In this document: in pieces, positions 1 to 11,289 of the stretch
Numbering within the stretch: position 1 is the stretch's first letter
Layout of the letters: each line of letters opens with the position of its first letter
Source of the DNA: Octopus vulgaris
Lineage: Eukaryota
Direction: 5' to 3'
DNA: 64,000 nt
NCBI GenBank assembly: GCA_951406725.2
Contig: OX597820.1
Location: forward strand, 4,464,001 to 4,528,000
Notes under the pieces: generated by a model
What the model was told of the DNA's origin: nothing
The model's database searches: none
What the model saw: the letters and a program-made list of their open reading frames with translations, nothing else
Program-made: the position numbers and the translations under genes

Positions 1-1095
1 CTTGGTCATTGCCTCCGTGAGGTTGAACACTTGAAAGGAGCTCAGCCACTTTGCATCTGTGAAGCCTAACATTTGAAGGGTGCATTTTACGTGCCACTGG
101 CACAGGTGCCAGTTACATGACACCAGGATCAGCCATGACTACAATTTCACTTGGCTTGACGAGTCCTCTCAAGCTCAGTACATCATCAAAGGTCTTGGTC
201 ACCAGTCATTGCCTCCATGAGGCCCAACATTCGAAGATCATACTTCACCACTTTGTCCCATGTCTTCCTGGGTTCCCTCCATAGTTAGAGATTGGCACTG
301 CTTTACACAACTGTCCTCGATGAAACACGTCACATGACCATAGCAGTACAGTTATCTCTCTTGCACACCACACCTGATGCATCTTATGCCCAATTTTCCT
401 CTCACGATGCTTACACCCTGTTGAACATGCACATCCAACAATGCATACTGGCTTCATCCCTCTCAAGCCTATGCATGTCCTCGGCTGTCGCAGCCCATGT
501 TTCACTGCCATGTGGCATAGCTGTTCACACACAGATATCAAACAATCTGCTTTTCATTCTGAGAGAGAGGCCCTTTGTTACCAGCAGGGGTAGGATCTCT
601 CTGAACTTCGTCAAGCCTAATCTTATTCTCACAGCTACGCTCTCGGAGCATCCACCTCCACTACTAACTTGGTCACCTAGATAACGGAAGCTATCTACTA
701 CCTCTAGCTTACCCACCTGGCAGTTGATGGAATCTATTTTCTGTACATTTTCAGCATTTATTGTACTTGTGCATCTTCCACATACAAAAGTTAGTTTCTC
801 TGTTAACCTTCCTCTGATATTGCTGCTACTTTTGTGAGTCTAAAGCTTACATTGGAAGCATCTTATGGAGTTTCTACCTACGCCTTTTGTACAGATTGAG
901 CAGGACCATCTACCTGAAGAGATTTGTTATTTGTCTGTCTTCCTACTTACTAAGACTTTGGTTTTTGCTAGGTTAACTCTAAGGCCCTTTGAGTCTAGAC
1001 CTTGCTTCCATACTTGGAACTTCTCTGGTTCTGGTAGTGATTCAAGTATAAGAGCAAAGTCATCAACATAGAGGAGCTCCCAGGGGCAGCTCTTT
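1..1095 (-). mobile_element. RTE-clade LINE remnant (RT C-terminus plus 3' UTR), degenerate
   Basis: Minus strand gives ELLYVDDFALI (YADD motif) near 1050-1080 and LEVVDSFRYLGDQVSSGGGC (ORF 525-716). Homologous to the RTE pieces at 8200 and 22425. Confidence 0.85.
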
Positions 1096-1136
1096 GTCTA
1101 TTGACAAGAAACCTTGAAATAAAACTAAATAATGTT

Positions 1137-1250
1137 ATACATATATGCATGCATACATACATACATACACACACACTAACATAAATACATACATACATAC
1201 ATACATACATACATCCCAACACACGCTTACAAGCATACATACATACATAT
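1137..1250. repeat. (TACA)n/(CA)n microsatellite
   Basis: Directly visible. Confidence 0.95.
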
Positions 1251-1670
1251 TACTCTTTTACTCTTTTACTCTTTTGCTTGTTTCAGTCATTTGACTGCGG
1301 CCATGCTGGAGGACCGCCTTTAGTCGAGCAAATCGACCCCGGAACTTATTCTTTGTAAGCCCAGTACTTATTCTATCGCTCTCTTTTTGCTGAACTGCTA
1401 AGTGACGGGGACGTAAACACACCAGCATCGGTTGTCAAGCAATGCTAGGGGGACAGACACAGACACACAAACATATACACACACACTTATATATATATAC
1501 ATATATACGACAGGCTTCTTTCAGTTTCCGTCTACCAAATCCACTCACAAGGTATTGGTCAACCTGAGGCTATAGTAGAAGACACTTGCCCAAGATGCCA
1601 CGCAGTGGGACTGAACCCGGAACCATGTGGTTGGTTAGCAAGCTACTTACCACACAGCCACTTCTGTGCC
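1251..1670 (-). mobile_element. tRNA-derived SINE, family A (CORE-like centre, internal TA/TG tract, (TAAAAGAG)n tail)
   Basis: Minus strand: tRNA-like head with box A/B (GTGGCTGTGTGGTAAG ... GGTTCAGTCCC), then CTTGGGCAAGTGTCTT and tail CAGCATGGCCGCAGTCAAATGACTGAAAC. Multiple copies in the window. Confidence 0.85.
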
Positions 1671-1756
1671 TATATATATATATATACATGTAGAATTTCC
1701 ATTTACGAGTCAAGTCACAACTATGCTGAGGACATTTCTTTAAGAACCACATATTT

Positions 1757-2600
1757 CCTCCTCCTCCTCCTCATCATCATCGTTTAACGTCCACTTTCCA
1801 TGCTGTCATGGGTTGGACGGATTGACTGAATACTGGTAAGCTGAGGAGCTGCACCAGGTTCCAATCTGATTTAGCATGATTTCTACAGCTGGATGCCCTT
1901 CCTAATGCCAACCACTCCAAGAGTGTAGCAGGTGCTTTCCATGTGCCACCGGCACAATGGGTGCCATTGACGTGACACTACCTATTTCTTTACTACCCAC
2001 AAGGGGCTAAAAACAGAGGGGGCAAGCAAAGACAGACAAACGGATTAAGTCAATTACATCGACCCCAGTGCGTAACTGGTACTTAATTTATCGACCCCGA
2101 AAGGATGAAAGGCAAAGTCGACCTCGGCGGAATTTGAACTCACAACGTAATGGCAGCTGAAATACTGCAAAGCATTTCGCCCGACGTGCTAACGATTCTG
2201 CCAGCTCGCCGCCTTGACGTGACACTACCATTGGCCACAACTATGATCTCATGGCTTGACAGGTCTTCACAAGCACAGCATATCACCAAAGGTCTTGGTC
2301 ACCTGTCACTGCTTCCATGAGGTCCAAAGCTCAAATGGTGCTTTTTTTCATGCCACTGGCTTGGGTGCCAGTCAGGCAGCACTGGTATTGGCTACAACTT
2401 TGATTTCACTTGGCTCGAAAGGTCTTCATAAGCACAGTATATCACCCGACGTTTGAAGGGTACTTTTTACATGCCAGTTGCACGGCACTGGCATCAGCCA
2501 TGACTACGATCTCACTTGGCTTGAGGGGTCTTCTTCTCAAGCCTGGCATATTGCCAAACGCCTCACTCACTTGTCATTACTTCCGTGAGCCCCAACACAT
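1757..2600 (-). mobile_element. RTE LINE 3' UTR ending in (GAT/GAG)n, interrupted by a SINE
   Basis: Reverse complement of the RTE terminus CCAACCCATG..GGAAAG.GGACGTTAAACGATGATG seen at 23440-23500. Confidence 0.75.
1983..2213 (-). mobile_element. tRNA-derived SINE, family B, with 16-bp TSD
   Basis: Head GGCGGCGAGCTGGCAGAATCGTTAGC, box B GAGTTCAAATTCC. TTGACGTGACACTACC is duplicated at 1967-1982 and 2214-2229. Confidence 0.9.
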
Positions 2601-2842
2601 GGCTATCAAAAGAAACCCTATTTTTGAATGATCAAAGAAATCCTATGTTTGAATGATACTGTAGTACAGAGTGCTTCTAAAAGGTATAGGTAAAATGGGA
2701 TGGAAAAATAATACGTGAAATTTAGACATAGAGAGAAATATTTAGAAAATCGTGAATGAATGGTTTTGAGGTTACAAAAACGAAAGGAGAGTTCTGTACT
2801 TAGACAAGGGAGACAACTATATTTGACTGTCCAATGTATATT

Positions 2843-3075
2843 TATTTTTTTTATTGCCCACAGGGAGCTAAACATAGAGGGGACAAACAAAAACAGACAA
2901 AGGAATTAAGGTGATTACATTGACCCCAGTGTGTAACTGGTACTTATTTAATTGACTCTTGAAAGGATGAAAGGAAAAGTCAGCCTCGGCGGAATTTGAG
3001 CTCAGAATGTAACAGCAGACAAAGTACCGCTAAGCATTTCGCCCTGCGTGCTAACGATTCTGCCAGCTTGCCGCC
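2843..3075 (-). mobile_element. SINE family B
   Basis: Homologous to 1983-2213. CAATGTATATT flanks at 2832-2842 and 3084-3094 (probable TSD). Confidence 0.85.
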
Positions 3076-3505
3076 CCACGGTTCAATGTATATTGCAAAC
3101 AAAAATGAGGAATAACTCGAATTAGCCATTGATATGTATTTGAACATAGACTAATACAGGTCTGTCAAATACCATACAACATAAACTCTTGATTTATTAA
3201 AATTGTCTTCACCTCCAGAGGACGTGTCATAATTACCAAATGGCAATTAAGACTAACCAATTGCCGTCTCGAAGGAGAGAATCTCAGCATTCAAGGATTC
3301 ACCAAAATTGATTTGCCAATAAGTCATGGGTTACCGCAAGTTCTTAGCTAAATTCTTGTTTAAATTATGTAAATCACTTAAGCCATAAGTGTTTTCTACT
3401 CTTGTTTTTATATAAGTCTAAGTTATAAGTCTTTGGATAGTTGTGGTGCTGATGACAACTATTGAGGTAGAAACATGTGTTATCCAGATAATAAGCTTGC
3501 CAATT

Positions 3506-3881
3506 GGAGGCACAATGGCCCAGTGGTTAGGGCAGCGGACTCGCGGTCGTAGGATCGCGGTTTTGATTCCCAGACCGGGCGTTGTGAGTGTTTATTGAGC
3601 GAAAACACCTAAAGCTCCACGAGGCTCCGGCAGGGATGGTGGTGATCCCTGCTGTACTCTTTCACCACAACTTTCTCTCACTCTTACTTCCTGTTTCTGT
3701 TGTACCTGTATTTCAAAGGGCCGGCCTTGTCACTCTCTGTGTCACGCTGAATATCCCCGAGAACTGCGTTAAGGGTACACGTGTCTGTGGAGTGCTCAGC
3801 CACTTACACGTTAATTTCACGAGCAGGCTGTTCCATTGATCGGATCAACTGGAACCCTCATCGTTGTAACCGACGGAGTGC
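3506..3881 (+). mobile_element. tRNA-derived SINE, family C (central region Deu/Nin-like)
   Basis: tRNA-like head TGGCCCAGTGGTTAGGGCAGCGGACTCGCG ... GGTTTTGATTCCC, followed by ~300 bp of non-tRNA body. The domain name is from recall. Confidence 0.7.
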
Positions 3882-3890
3882 TTCTCTCTT

Positions 3891-4385
3891 AATTGGTGAA
3901 TTTGGAAGTATCAGAACTCAACTACTAAGATTGGTGCTGCAAGTGTGACGGTAGAACACCTACAAAAATCAGCATTGCTTGGAACTGCAAGAATTCTTTG
4001 CAGGATTCTTGAGGCATGACCATTAAACGAGTGACTCCTTAGTCTGCTGGTTGGGGACAGCTGACCCTTTCCATTCTACCCAGCGAAATAAGCCGAAAGT
4101 TTTCAACAAATAATGATATTAACCCTGATAGAAGTGCAGCAACTGTCGTTGCAAAGAAGGTGAAATCGATGGCAAAGCAAAATGCATTTGAACAATTGGC
4201 TGATAGGTGGGAACAAAATCTTCTGTATGGCAAATATATGGCCTGTAGCAGAGAAGCTGATGTAGACCAGAAGCACACCCATCAGTGGCTATGGATCTCA
4301 GGGCTAAAGGCAGAGAGTGAAGCCTTTGTCTTGGTTGCCCAAGATCAGAGCGCATTGACTACTGAATGATAATAATAATAATCAT
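3891..4385 (+). mobile_element. Two R4/Dong-clade (RLE non-LTR) fragments
   Basis: 3955-4019 encodes EHLQKSALLGTARILCRILEA* (R4/Dong C-terminus). ORF 4160-4369 has HQWLWISGLKAESEAFVLVAQDQS (WL..G.LK.ETEG...AAQDQ motif). Ends in (TAA)n-like sequence. Confidence 0.7.
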
Positions 4386-4579
4386 AAAAGTATGTTATGA
4401 CTTACGTTTATATATTTGTTTTGCAAGATTTTTGATGTGAAATCATGTGTTGAAGCAGATTTGCTGTATTTCAGAATGGTCATTTTGCCAGTTTAGCCAA
4501 TAAAAACACACGCACTATATATTTGGTGTTAATTTGCTTCAGTGTTATTCATTTTTTACATTAATCTTAATCTTATTTC

Positions 4580-4624
4580 GGCCAGAGTTCTTTCGTCACA
4601 CTCCTGTGACCTCATCAGTGGTCC
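4580..4624 (-). ncRNA. Minimal type I hammerhead ribozyme (Penelope-type)
   Basis: Minus strand: GGACCA-CUGAUGA-G-GUCAC(AGGAGU)GUGAC-GAAA-GAAC-UC-UGGCC, a canonical core. Confidence 0.7.
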
Positions 4625-4810
4625 TTTGCTTTCTTCTTTCTTATTTGTGTGTCTCTCCTTGCCAGCGGTCAGCCATGTTGTATTTTGTATTTCAGTTGTA
4701 TGTGTCTTCATTTGCGCATGCGTATACCTCTCTGTGTGTCTATGTTTATTTAGTGTGTGTGCGTAGGGGGAGGGGGCAAGTATCTGTAATATTTGTATCT
4801 CCTGTTTATA

Positions 4811-5042
4811 TACTCTCTTTTTTACTCTTTTACTCTTTTACTTGTTTCAGTCATTTGACTGCGGCCATGCTGGAGCACCGCCTTTAATCGAGCAACTCGA
4901 CCTCGGGACTTATTCTTTGTAAGCCCAGTACTTATTCTATCGGTCTCTTTTGCCGAACCGCTAAGTGACGGGGACATAAACACACCAGCATCGGTTGTCA
5001 AGCGATGTTGGGGGGACAAACACAGATATACAAACTCTCTCT

Positions 5043-5078
<36 letters not shown>

Positions 5079-5170
5079 CATATATACAACGGGCTTCTTT
5101 CAGTTTCCATCTACCAAATCCACTCACAAGGCTTTGGTCGGCCCGAGGCTATAGTAGAAGACACTTGCCC
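4811..5170 (-). mobile_element. SINE family A, head missing
   Basis: Near-identical to 1251-1590. Confidence 0.85.
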
Positions 5171-5222
5171 AGAAATACTAAACTTCTAAATCTCTCGTAG
5201 AGACATGTACGGTGGTGGGGCG

Positions 5223-5660
5223 ATAGAATGGTTGTATACTGTCAATCTAACACGAACGTGACAGTAGGGGGTACACCACTGCTGTTTAGCCCTAGGAAGC
5301 CTCGGTGCCTCCTGATGGCTTTGACACATTTTTCCTGTGTCCTTATATACATTTACGAAGGGGAGACAAACACCCCCAGCCGCCCGGGGCTGCATCTAGG
5401 GACACGTGTTTCAGGATGATTGTCCTTCGTCGGTGACTGCTACTCTAGGCCGACGAAGGACAATCATCCTGAAACACGTGTCCCTAGATGCAGCCCCGGG
5501 CGGCTGGGCGTGTTTGTCTCCCCTTCGTAAATGTATATAAGGACACAGGAAAAATGTGTCAAAGCCATCAGGAGGCGTCGAGGCTTCCTAGGGCTAAACA
5601 GCGGTGGTGTACCCCCTACTGTCACGTTCGTGTTAGATTGACAGTATACAACCATTCTAT
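5223..5660. repeat. Long inverted repeat (~210-bp arms, 16-nt spacer), probable inverted Penelope pseudo-LTR pair
   Basis: 5223-5433 is the reverse complement of 5450-5660 with few mismatches. Mirrored ORFs appear in the track. Confidence 0.9.
5444..5488 (+). ncRNA. Minimal hammerhead ribozyme (CCGACGA core variant, palindromic stem III)
   Basis: UCUAGG-CCGACGA-AGGA(CAAUCA)UCCU-GAAA-CACGUG-UC-CCUAGA. Confidence 0.65.
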
Positions 5661-6137
5661 ATATATATATATATATTTGTAAAAAATGAAGTTCGAAAAT
5701 GCTGCTATATTATACAAATTTTAATTTTTATATATACATTATAACATGTTTCAGTTCCTGAAATGAACCTTATCAAAAAGAGTTATATATAAAAAAAGAC
5801 AGCTCATGCCGTCAAACACAAGAAATTCATTTATAATACACAACGAAGTCAGACATCTTTAAAGTTCAAATATAGTTTGAAGTAAGTTCATTCATGCTAT
5901 ATGTTCAAAGTGTTCGATGCAGTGGCCCACGGTGGCGATACATATTCAATACAAAAAACAGATCAAAGTGGTGGAAAGTAGTCAATACAGAAGATTGATG
6001 TTCCCGAAAGAGCGAGGAATTCATTTTTACCTTGAGCAATTGTGATGACCCATGGTGGATGTTCGCTGGGTGATTCTAGTGAGTCTTGTGAGTTGTTCGG
6101 GTTTTATAATGCCTGTTAGGTGGTCAGTCCAGCGTAG

Positions 6138-6692
6138 CGTGACGTCATTAACGTTTTGACCAATCGTTTCGTTAGGTGGCTTTAGTCAAGCAGAACGGTA
6201 CGTCATCAACATTCTGACCAATCGTGACCTATCGCTGTATTATGACTGTCTCTTGTCTGTATCCTGTTTTGACCAGTCGTTTCGTTAGGTGGCTTAGTCA
6301 AGCAGGACGGTACGTCATCATGATTCTGACCAATCTCGACTTATAGCTGTATTAGATCTGCCCCTTTTCGTTAGGTGGCTTAGTCAAGCAGAACGGGATG
6401 TCATCAGCATTCTGACCAATCGTGACCTATCGCTGTATTATAACTGCCTCTTGTCTGTATCCTGTTTTCACCAGTCGTTTCGTTAGGTGGCTTAGACAAG
6501 CAGAACGGGACGTCATCAAGATTCTGCCCAATCACGACTTATAGCTGCATTAGATCTGCCCCCTGTCTGTATTTTGTTAGGTGACTAGTCAAGCAGAAAG
6601 GTACGTCATCAATATTCTGACTAATCTCTGCACCCTGTTTGTATCCTGTCCATTCTAGCAGAACTAGACGTCATCAGCGTGTTGACCAATCA
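6138..6692. repeat. Degenerate tandem repeat, 7 copies of an ACGTCA-N12-CCAAT module
   Basis: Modules near 6140, 6200, 6312, 6398, 6510, 6603 and 6668, with shared GTTAGGTGGCTTAGTCAAGCAGAAC. Confidence 0.8.
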
Positions 6693-6868
6693 GAATCGGG
6701 TCTGACCCTTAGCTGTATCGTATGTGGTCAGTCCATCAGGGTCAGATTTGCACGAAAGAATTTTTTTCCTTTTTTACTAAGGCATATTTCCGTCAGTGCG
6801 AGTGACTGTTTAAGGTAGCGGCCGTGGTGGAATTTTGCTTCTCCTTTTCGGAGGACTTATCTTTTGTT

Positions 6869-8026
6869 TTAATATTCCTGGCCCAGGGTGTTTAAACTTG
6901 GTCTAAATTTTTTTATGAAATACAGTTCTTTATTTTGGCGTTGTGTGAAGGTTGCGTTGTCACTGAATTTATAGAGCGGGTTAGTTGTAAATTTCAGATT
7001 TACATTTCCAGCACATCTATCTATGTGTCCGCTGACCGGTATTTTGCGGTAATCAGGGTTTCTAATTTGTGATTTATGCACCGCCATCCTGTTACGTAAG
7101 CTATTTTTTGTATGGCCTATATACTGCCTATTGCAGCCTGCGCATGTTATGACGTAAATTAAGTTTTCTGATGCGCAGGTGAAGTTTGTTCTAATGGTGA
7201 ACTGGTGGCCTTGTTCCAGTATAAATTCTGATCCTTCTTTCAAGATGACACAGATTCCGCAGTTGGGCCTTCCACATTTTCTAACTGCTGGTTTTGTGGT
7301 TGATGTTGAGTGCAGTGTAGCTTGGGTTAAAATCCTTTTCAAGGATTTTGGTTGCCGTTTACTTTTAATGATGGTGTGTGTTTCGAGGATCCGGTTCATC
7401 TTTGGGTCTCCCTTTAGTAGGGCTGTGCTTTGTAGTATGGTGTTGAAGGCCTCATTGTTGAGTGGGTTGTGTGTAGAGATGTAGGGAAGGGTTTTTAATT
7501 GTTCTTTCTTTTTTGGTTTTGTTTGTCTCAGGTCTTCTATACTTAATTTAAGTACCCGTTGGATTGCACTGTCTATTAGGGGCTGTGGATAGTTTCTATT
7601 TGTGAGTGTGGTTCTAAGTTCCTGGAGACGTGTGTGTCGGGTGTTTGTGTCTGATATTATGGTGCAAATCCTTCTAGCTAAACAAAAAGGGACATTCATT
7701 CTAGTGTGTCGTGGGTGGCATGAATCAAAGGGTAGGTACTGTTTAGAGTCTGTCGGTTTATAGTAGATATCTGTCTCTATTTTGTTGCCGGTTTTCTTAA
7801 TGAGGATGTCTAAAAATGGTAATTCTTTTTCGTTGTGGTCCATCGTGAATTGTATATTGTCATTTATTCCATTTAATAGTATTTTAAATTCCTCAAGTTT
7901 CTCTATACCTTTGTCCCAGATGATGAAACAGTCATCGAGGTATCTTTTCCAGTTGTTATGGATATAGGTGGCGAAGGTGTTTCCATATTTCTCGAGTGTT
8001 ATCCGGTATAGTATTTTCTCGGTATA

Positions 8027-8027
<1 letters not shown>
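6869..8027 (-). mobile_element. Penelope-like element (Neptune-type), 5'-truncated ORF: RT C-terminus, Cys-rich linker, GIY-YIG endonuclease
   Basis: [54 protein letters not shown]. The frame is uninterrupted. The ORF track's N-terminal extension is microsatellite. Confidence 0.93.
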
Positions 8028-8113
<86 letters not shown>

Positions 8114-8151
8114 CATACATACATAGATATATAAATACATACATATATACA

Positions 8152-8187
<36 letters not shown>

Positions 8188-8202
8188 TGTGTGTGTGTGT
8201 GT
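8028..8202. repeat. (TA)n/(TACA)n/(TG)n microsatellite
   Basis: Directly visible. Confidence 0.95.
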
Positions 8203-8834
8203 ATGGTAGTGAAACATGGGCTGTGACTACTGAGGACATGCGTAAGCTCTCAAGGAATGAAGCCAGTATGATCTGATGGATGTGTAATGTCAGTGTGCAT
8301 ACTCAACAGAGTGTAAGTGCCTTGAGAGAAAAGTTGGACCTAAGAAGCATCAGATGTGATGTGCAAGAGAGACGACTGCACTGGTATGGTCATGTGGTGA
8401 GAATGGAGGACGATAGCTGTGTGAAAAAGTGCCACACCCTAGCGGTTGAGGGACCCTGTGGAAGAGGTAGACCCAGGAAGACCTGGGATGAAGTGGTGAA
8501 GCATGACCTTCGAACTTTAGGCCTCACCAAGGAAATGACCAGAGACCGAGACCTTTGGAAATATGCCATGCGTGAGAAGACCCGACAAGCCAAATGAGAC
8601 CATAACTTCGTGGCCTATGCCAGGATTCGAGCAAAGTCATTGCCAGTACTTGACTGGCCCCTTGCCAGTGGCACATTAAAGTAACCCACTACACTCTCGG
8701 AGTGGTTGGCACTAGGAAGGGCATCCAGCTGTAGAAACTCTGCCAGATCAAGATTGAAGCCTGATGCAGCCATCTGGTTCGTCAGCCCTCAGTCAAATCG
8801 TCCAACCCATGCTAGCACGACGATGATGATGATG
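8201..8834 (+). mobile_element. RTE LINE 3' end (ORF C-terminus, UTR, (GAT)n)
   Basis: [30 protein letters not shown]. Confidence 0.9.
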
Positions 8835-9541
8835 AAATGACAATTTGTGTTGAGCACACCAATTTGGACAGAGTTATCATTTTTATAAGAATGGATTGTA
8901 TCTGAAAAGAGTTTCAGGAGTTGTGAAGATTGAATTTGTAATTAGTCTGTTTCTGTCTAATCATTAAACCATTGATTTAATTGATCCAACATTAAGTGCT
9001 GTAACATGCATTTGCTGATCTTGAGAAAATCTCATCTCGCTTCTCTCTTCAGACTCACGCCTTTGGTTTTCTACAATCATCCTTGCTTTATACTTGTTTC
9101 GGGAGAGATTATGTCTTTTCTGTGTTTCTCCCACTCATTCCGTAAAAATTTGTTTGAAGAGAGCAGAAATTGAAAGAAGAGAAAGCGTAATGGACAGAGA
9201 GTGAAAGTGAAAGATGTATGTGCGTCTGTATGAAATGGACGTGTGTGTGTGTGAGAGAGAAAGAGAGTGACAAAGAGAGATAGAATGAGTGAGTAAAGGT
9301 GTCTGTCGTGATGATTGATGTCAAGGTACACACACACACATATAAACTATGCGACGTCATCGTATAAAATGTTTACGATCGTTGAGTTGATTTAGGGAAA
9401 AGATTATAATGATAAATTTTTGAAATGCAAATATATGAATAGAAATTAAGCTTAATCTATACCCGAAATAGTACTAAATCTTTTGATACCCCATATGTCA
9501 AAATCTGTTACTCATTTTGGAATGCATAAGGAATATAAATA

Positions 9542-9542
<1 letters not shown>

Positions 9543-9632
<90 letters not shown>
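9543..9632. repeat. (TATC)n microsatellite
   Basis: Directly visible. Confidence 0.95.
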
Positions 9633-9633
9633 A

Positions 9634-10033
9634 TCTTTATATATAAAAGAGAAGTTGTGTGTCTGTCTCCTACGATTTAGATTCCTAACTACTCCCACAT
9701 TTTGCGGTGCAGTGTAACCAAAACCGGGTATCTTATAGTCGTGATTCATATCGAGCCCTTCTGGGTATTAGCTCGCGTCTACGATGAGTCTACGATCTTA
9801 AAAAAAGTTTACCATCATTTTTCCCCATTTTTAATGCATTTTTTTGCTATTATATAAGGGAAGTAACTCTCTAAAAATGTATTATTAAATCTCAGAACGT
9901 AAAAAGCTACAGTAGCACCCCCTTCCCTTTGTGGTTAGCCATATTGAGATGGCTATTATACTTTACATCTCTAAAAAATGCTTATATAGTTATTTCCCTT
10001 ACAAACCCGAGCAACGCCGGGCGATACTGCTAG
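9634..10033 (+). mobile_element. Non-autonomous Helitron (~400 bp)
   Basis: A|TC...CTAG|T termini, subterminal hairpin CCCGAGCAACGCCGGG, no TSD. Three copies in the window. Confidence 0.85.
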
Positions 10034-10331
10034 TATATATATATAGGACAGACTTCTTTCAAACTGAAAGTATTATCTCATATTACGATAGAGATGTAAT
10101 ACTGAAATAGTGTAAGATATGAGATTGCATTAGGCTGGAAGTTGGACATTTTTTTGGCCCATGACACTGCATGGACCTTGGCTTTTGTATTCGATGACTG
10201 TTACTTCAAGTATTTTATTTTGATTTTATGTATATATGTATGTATGAGCCAATGAGGGAGACCTAAAAACGTCTTAATCCCATTTTAACAGATATATTTA
10301 CCAAAATTACATAAAAATATCTTGAAATATA

Positions 10332-10715
10332 GGCGCAGCAGGAGTAGCTTGTTTACCAACCACATGGTTCCGGGTTCAGTCCCACTGCGTGGAACCTTGT
10401 GCAAGTGTCTTCTACTATAGCCTCATGGTGACCAAAGCCTTGTGAGTGGATTTGGAAGACGGAAACTGAAAGAAGCCCGTCGTATATATGTATATATATA
10501 TGCGTGTGTGTCTGTATTTGTACCCCTAGCATTGCTTGACAACCGATGCTGGTGTGTTTATGTCCCCGTTACTTAGCAGTTCGGCAAAAGAGACCGATAA
10601 AATAAGTACTGGGCTTACAAAAGAATAAGTCCCGAGGTCGAGTTGCTCGATTAAAGGTGGTGCTCCAGCATGGCCACAGTCGAATGACTGAAACAAGTAA
10701 AAGAGTAAAAGAGTA
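10332..10715 (+). mobile_element. SINE family A, near full length
   Basis: Head, CORE-like segment and (TAAAAGAG) tail. Confidence 0.85.
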
Positions 10716-10724
10716 CTGAAAAGT

Positions 10725-11195
10725 AAATTTATTCAATAAAATCACAATTGTCTTCAACCACAGCATTCAGACGACTTCAGAATCTCCTGCAACTCTTCTG
10801 GGTGGTCTCCTTGTTTAAGTTGGTGAATGCTGCCATAATCCTTGCCTTCAGTTCATCTTTGGAGTTAGAAGGAGTTCTGTTGGTTTCTCGGCCAACTGTT
10901 CCCCACATAAGATAATCAAAGGGGAGTTAGGTGGCCTGATGTTAGGGGTGGTGTGCTCACAGAAATTGTCTGACAGCCACGACTGGGTTCTCCTGCTTGT
11001 GTGGCATGGTGCAGAGTCCTGTTGCCTTACATAGGGTCTTCCAGCAGCCACCCTCTTGATCCAGGGTTGTGCTACCTCCTCCAAGCACTTGATGCAGACC
11101 TCTGTGTTGAGTGTAAGGCTGTGTGGGAAGATGAATAGTGTCACCATCACTAGTGATCAATCCAAACACCATGAGGTTGACTGGATGTTTGATTT
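10725..11195 (-). mobile_element. Tc1/mariner-superfamily transposase C-terminal remnant (maT/DD37D-like)
   Basis: MVFGLITSDG ... QQDSAPCHTSRRTQSWLSDNF ... PPNSP, with a small deletion before LDY. Spacing fits DD37D if the deleted DCNP is restored (inference). Confidence 0.75.
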
Positions 11196-11289
11196 TTATT
11201 GCTTTCTATACATGTCCTCAGATTGACACCAAAACTCTGAAATGTTAACTTTGGATCTTCCTGTGTAAATTCCCAGCAGTACAACATGT

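Noticed and set aside
3506-3575. tRNA gene (Arg-like)
   Set aside because: Imperfect T-arm and acceptor stem, and it continues into a SINE body. The same applies to the other SINE heads.
5186-5682. Mirror-image 63-69 aa ORFs as a gene pair (e.g. toxin/antisense)
   Set aside because: A consequence of the palindrome, with no recognisable protein motif.
8028-8239. N-terminus of the 456-aa ORF
   Set aside because: Read-through of (TA)n/(TACA)n and antisense RTE sequence, not part of the Penelope protein.
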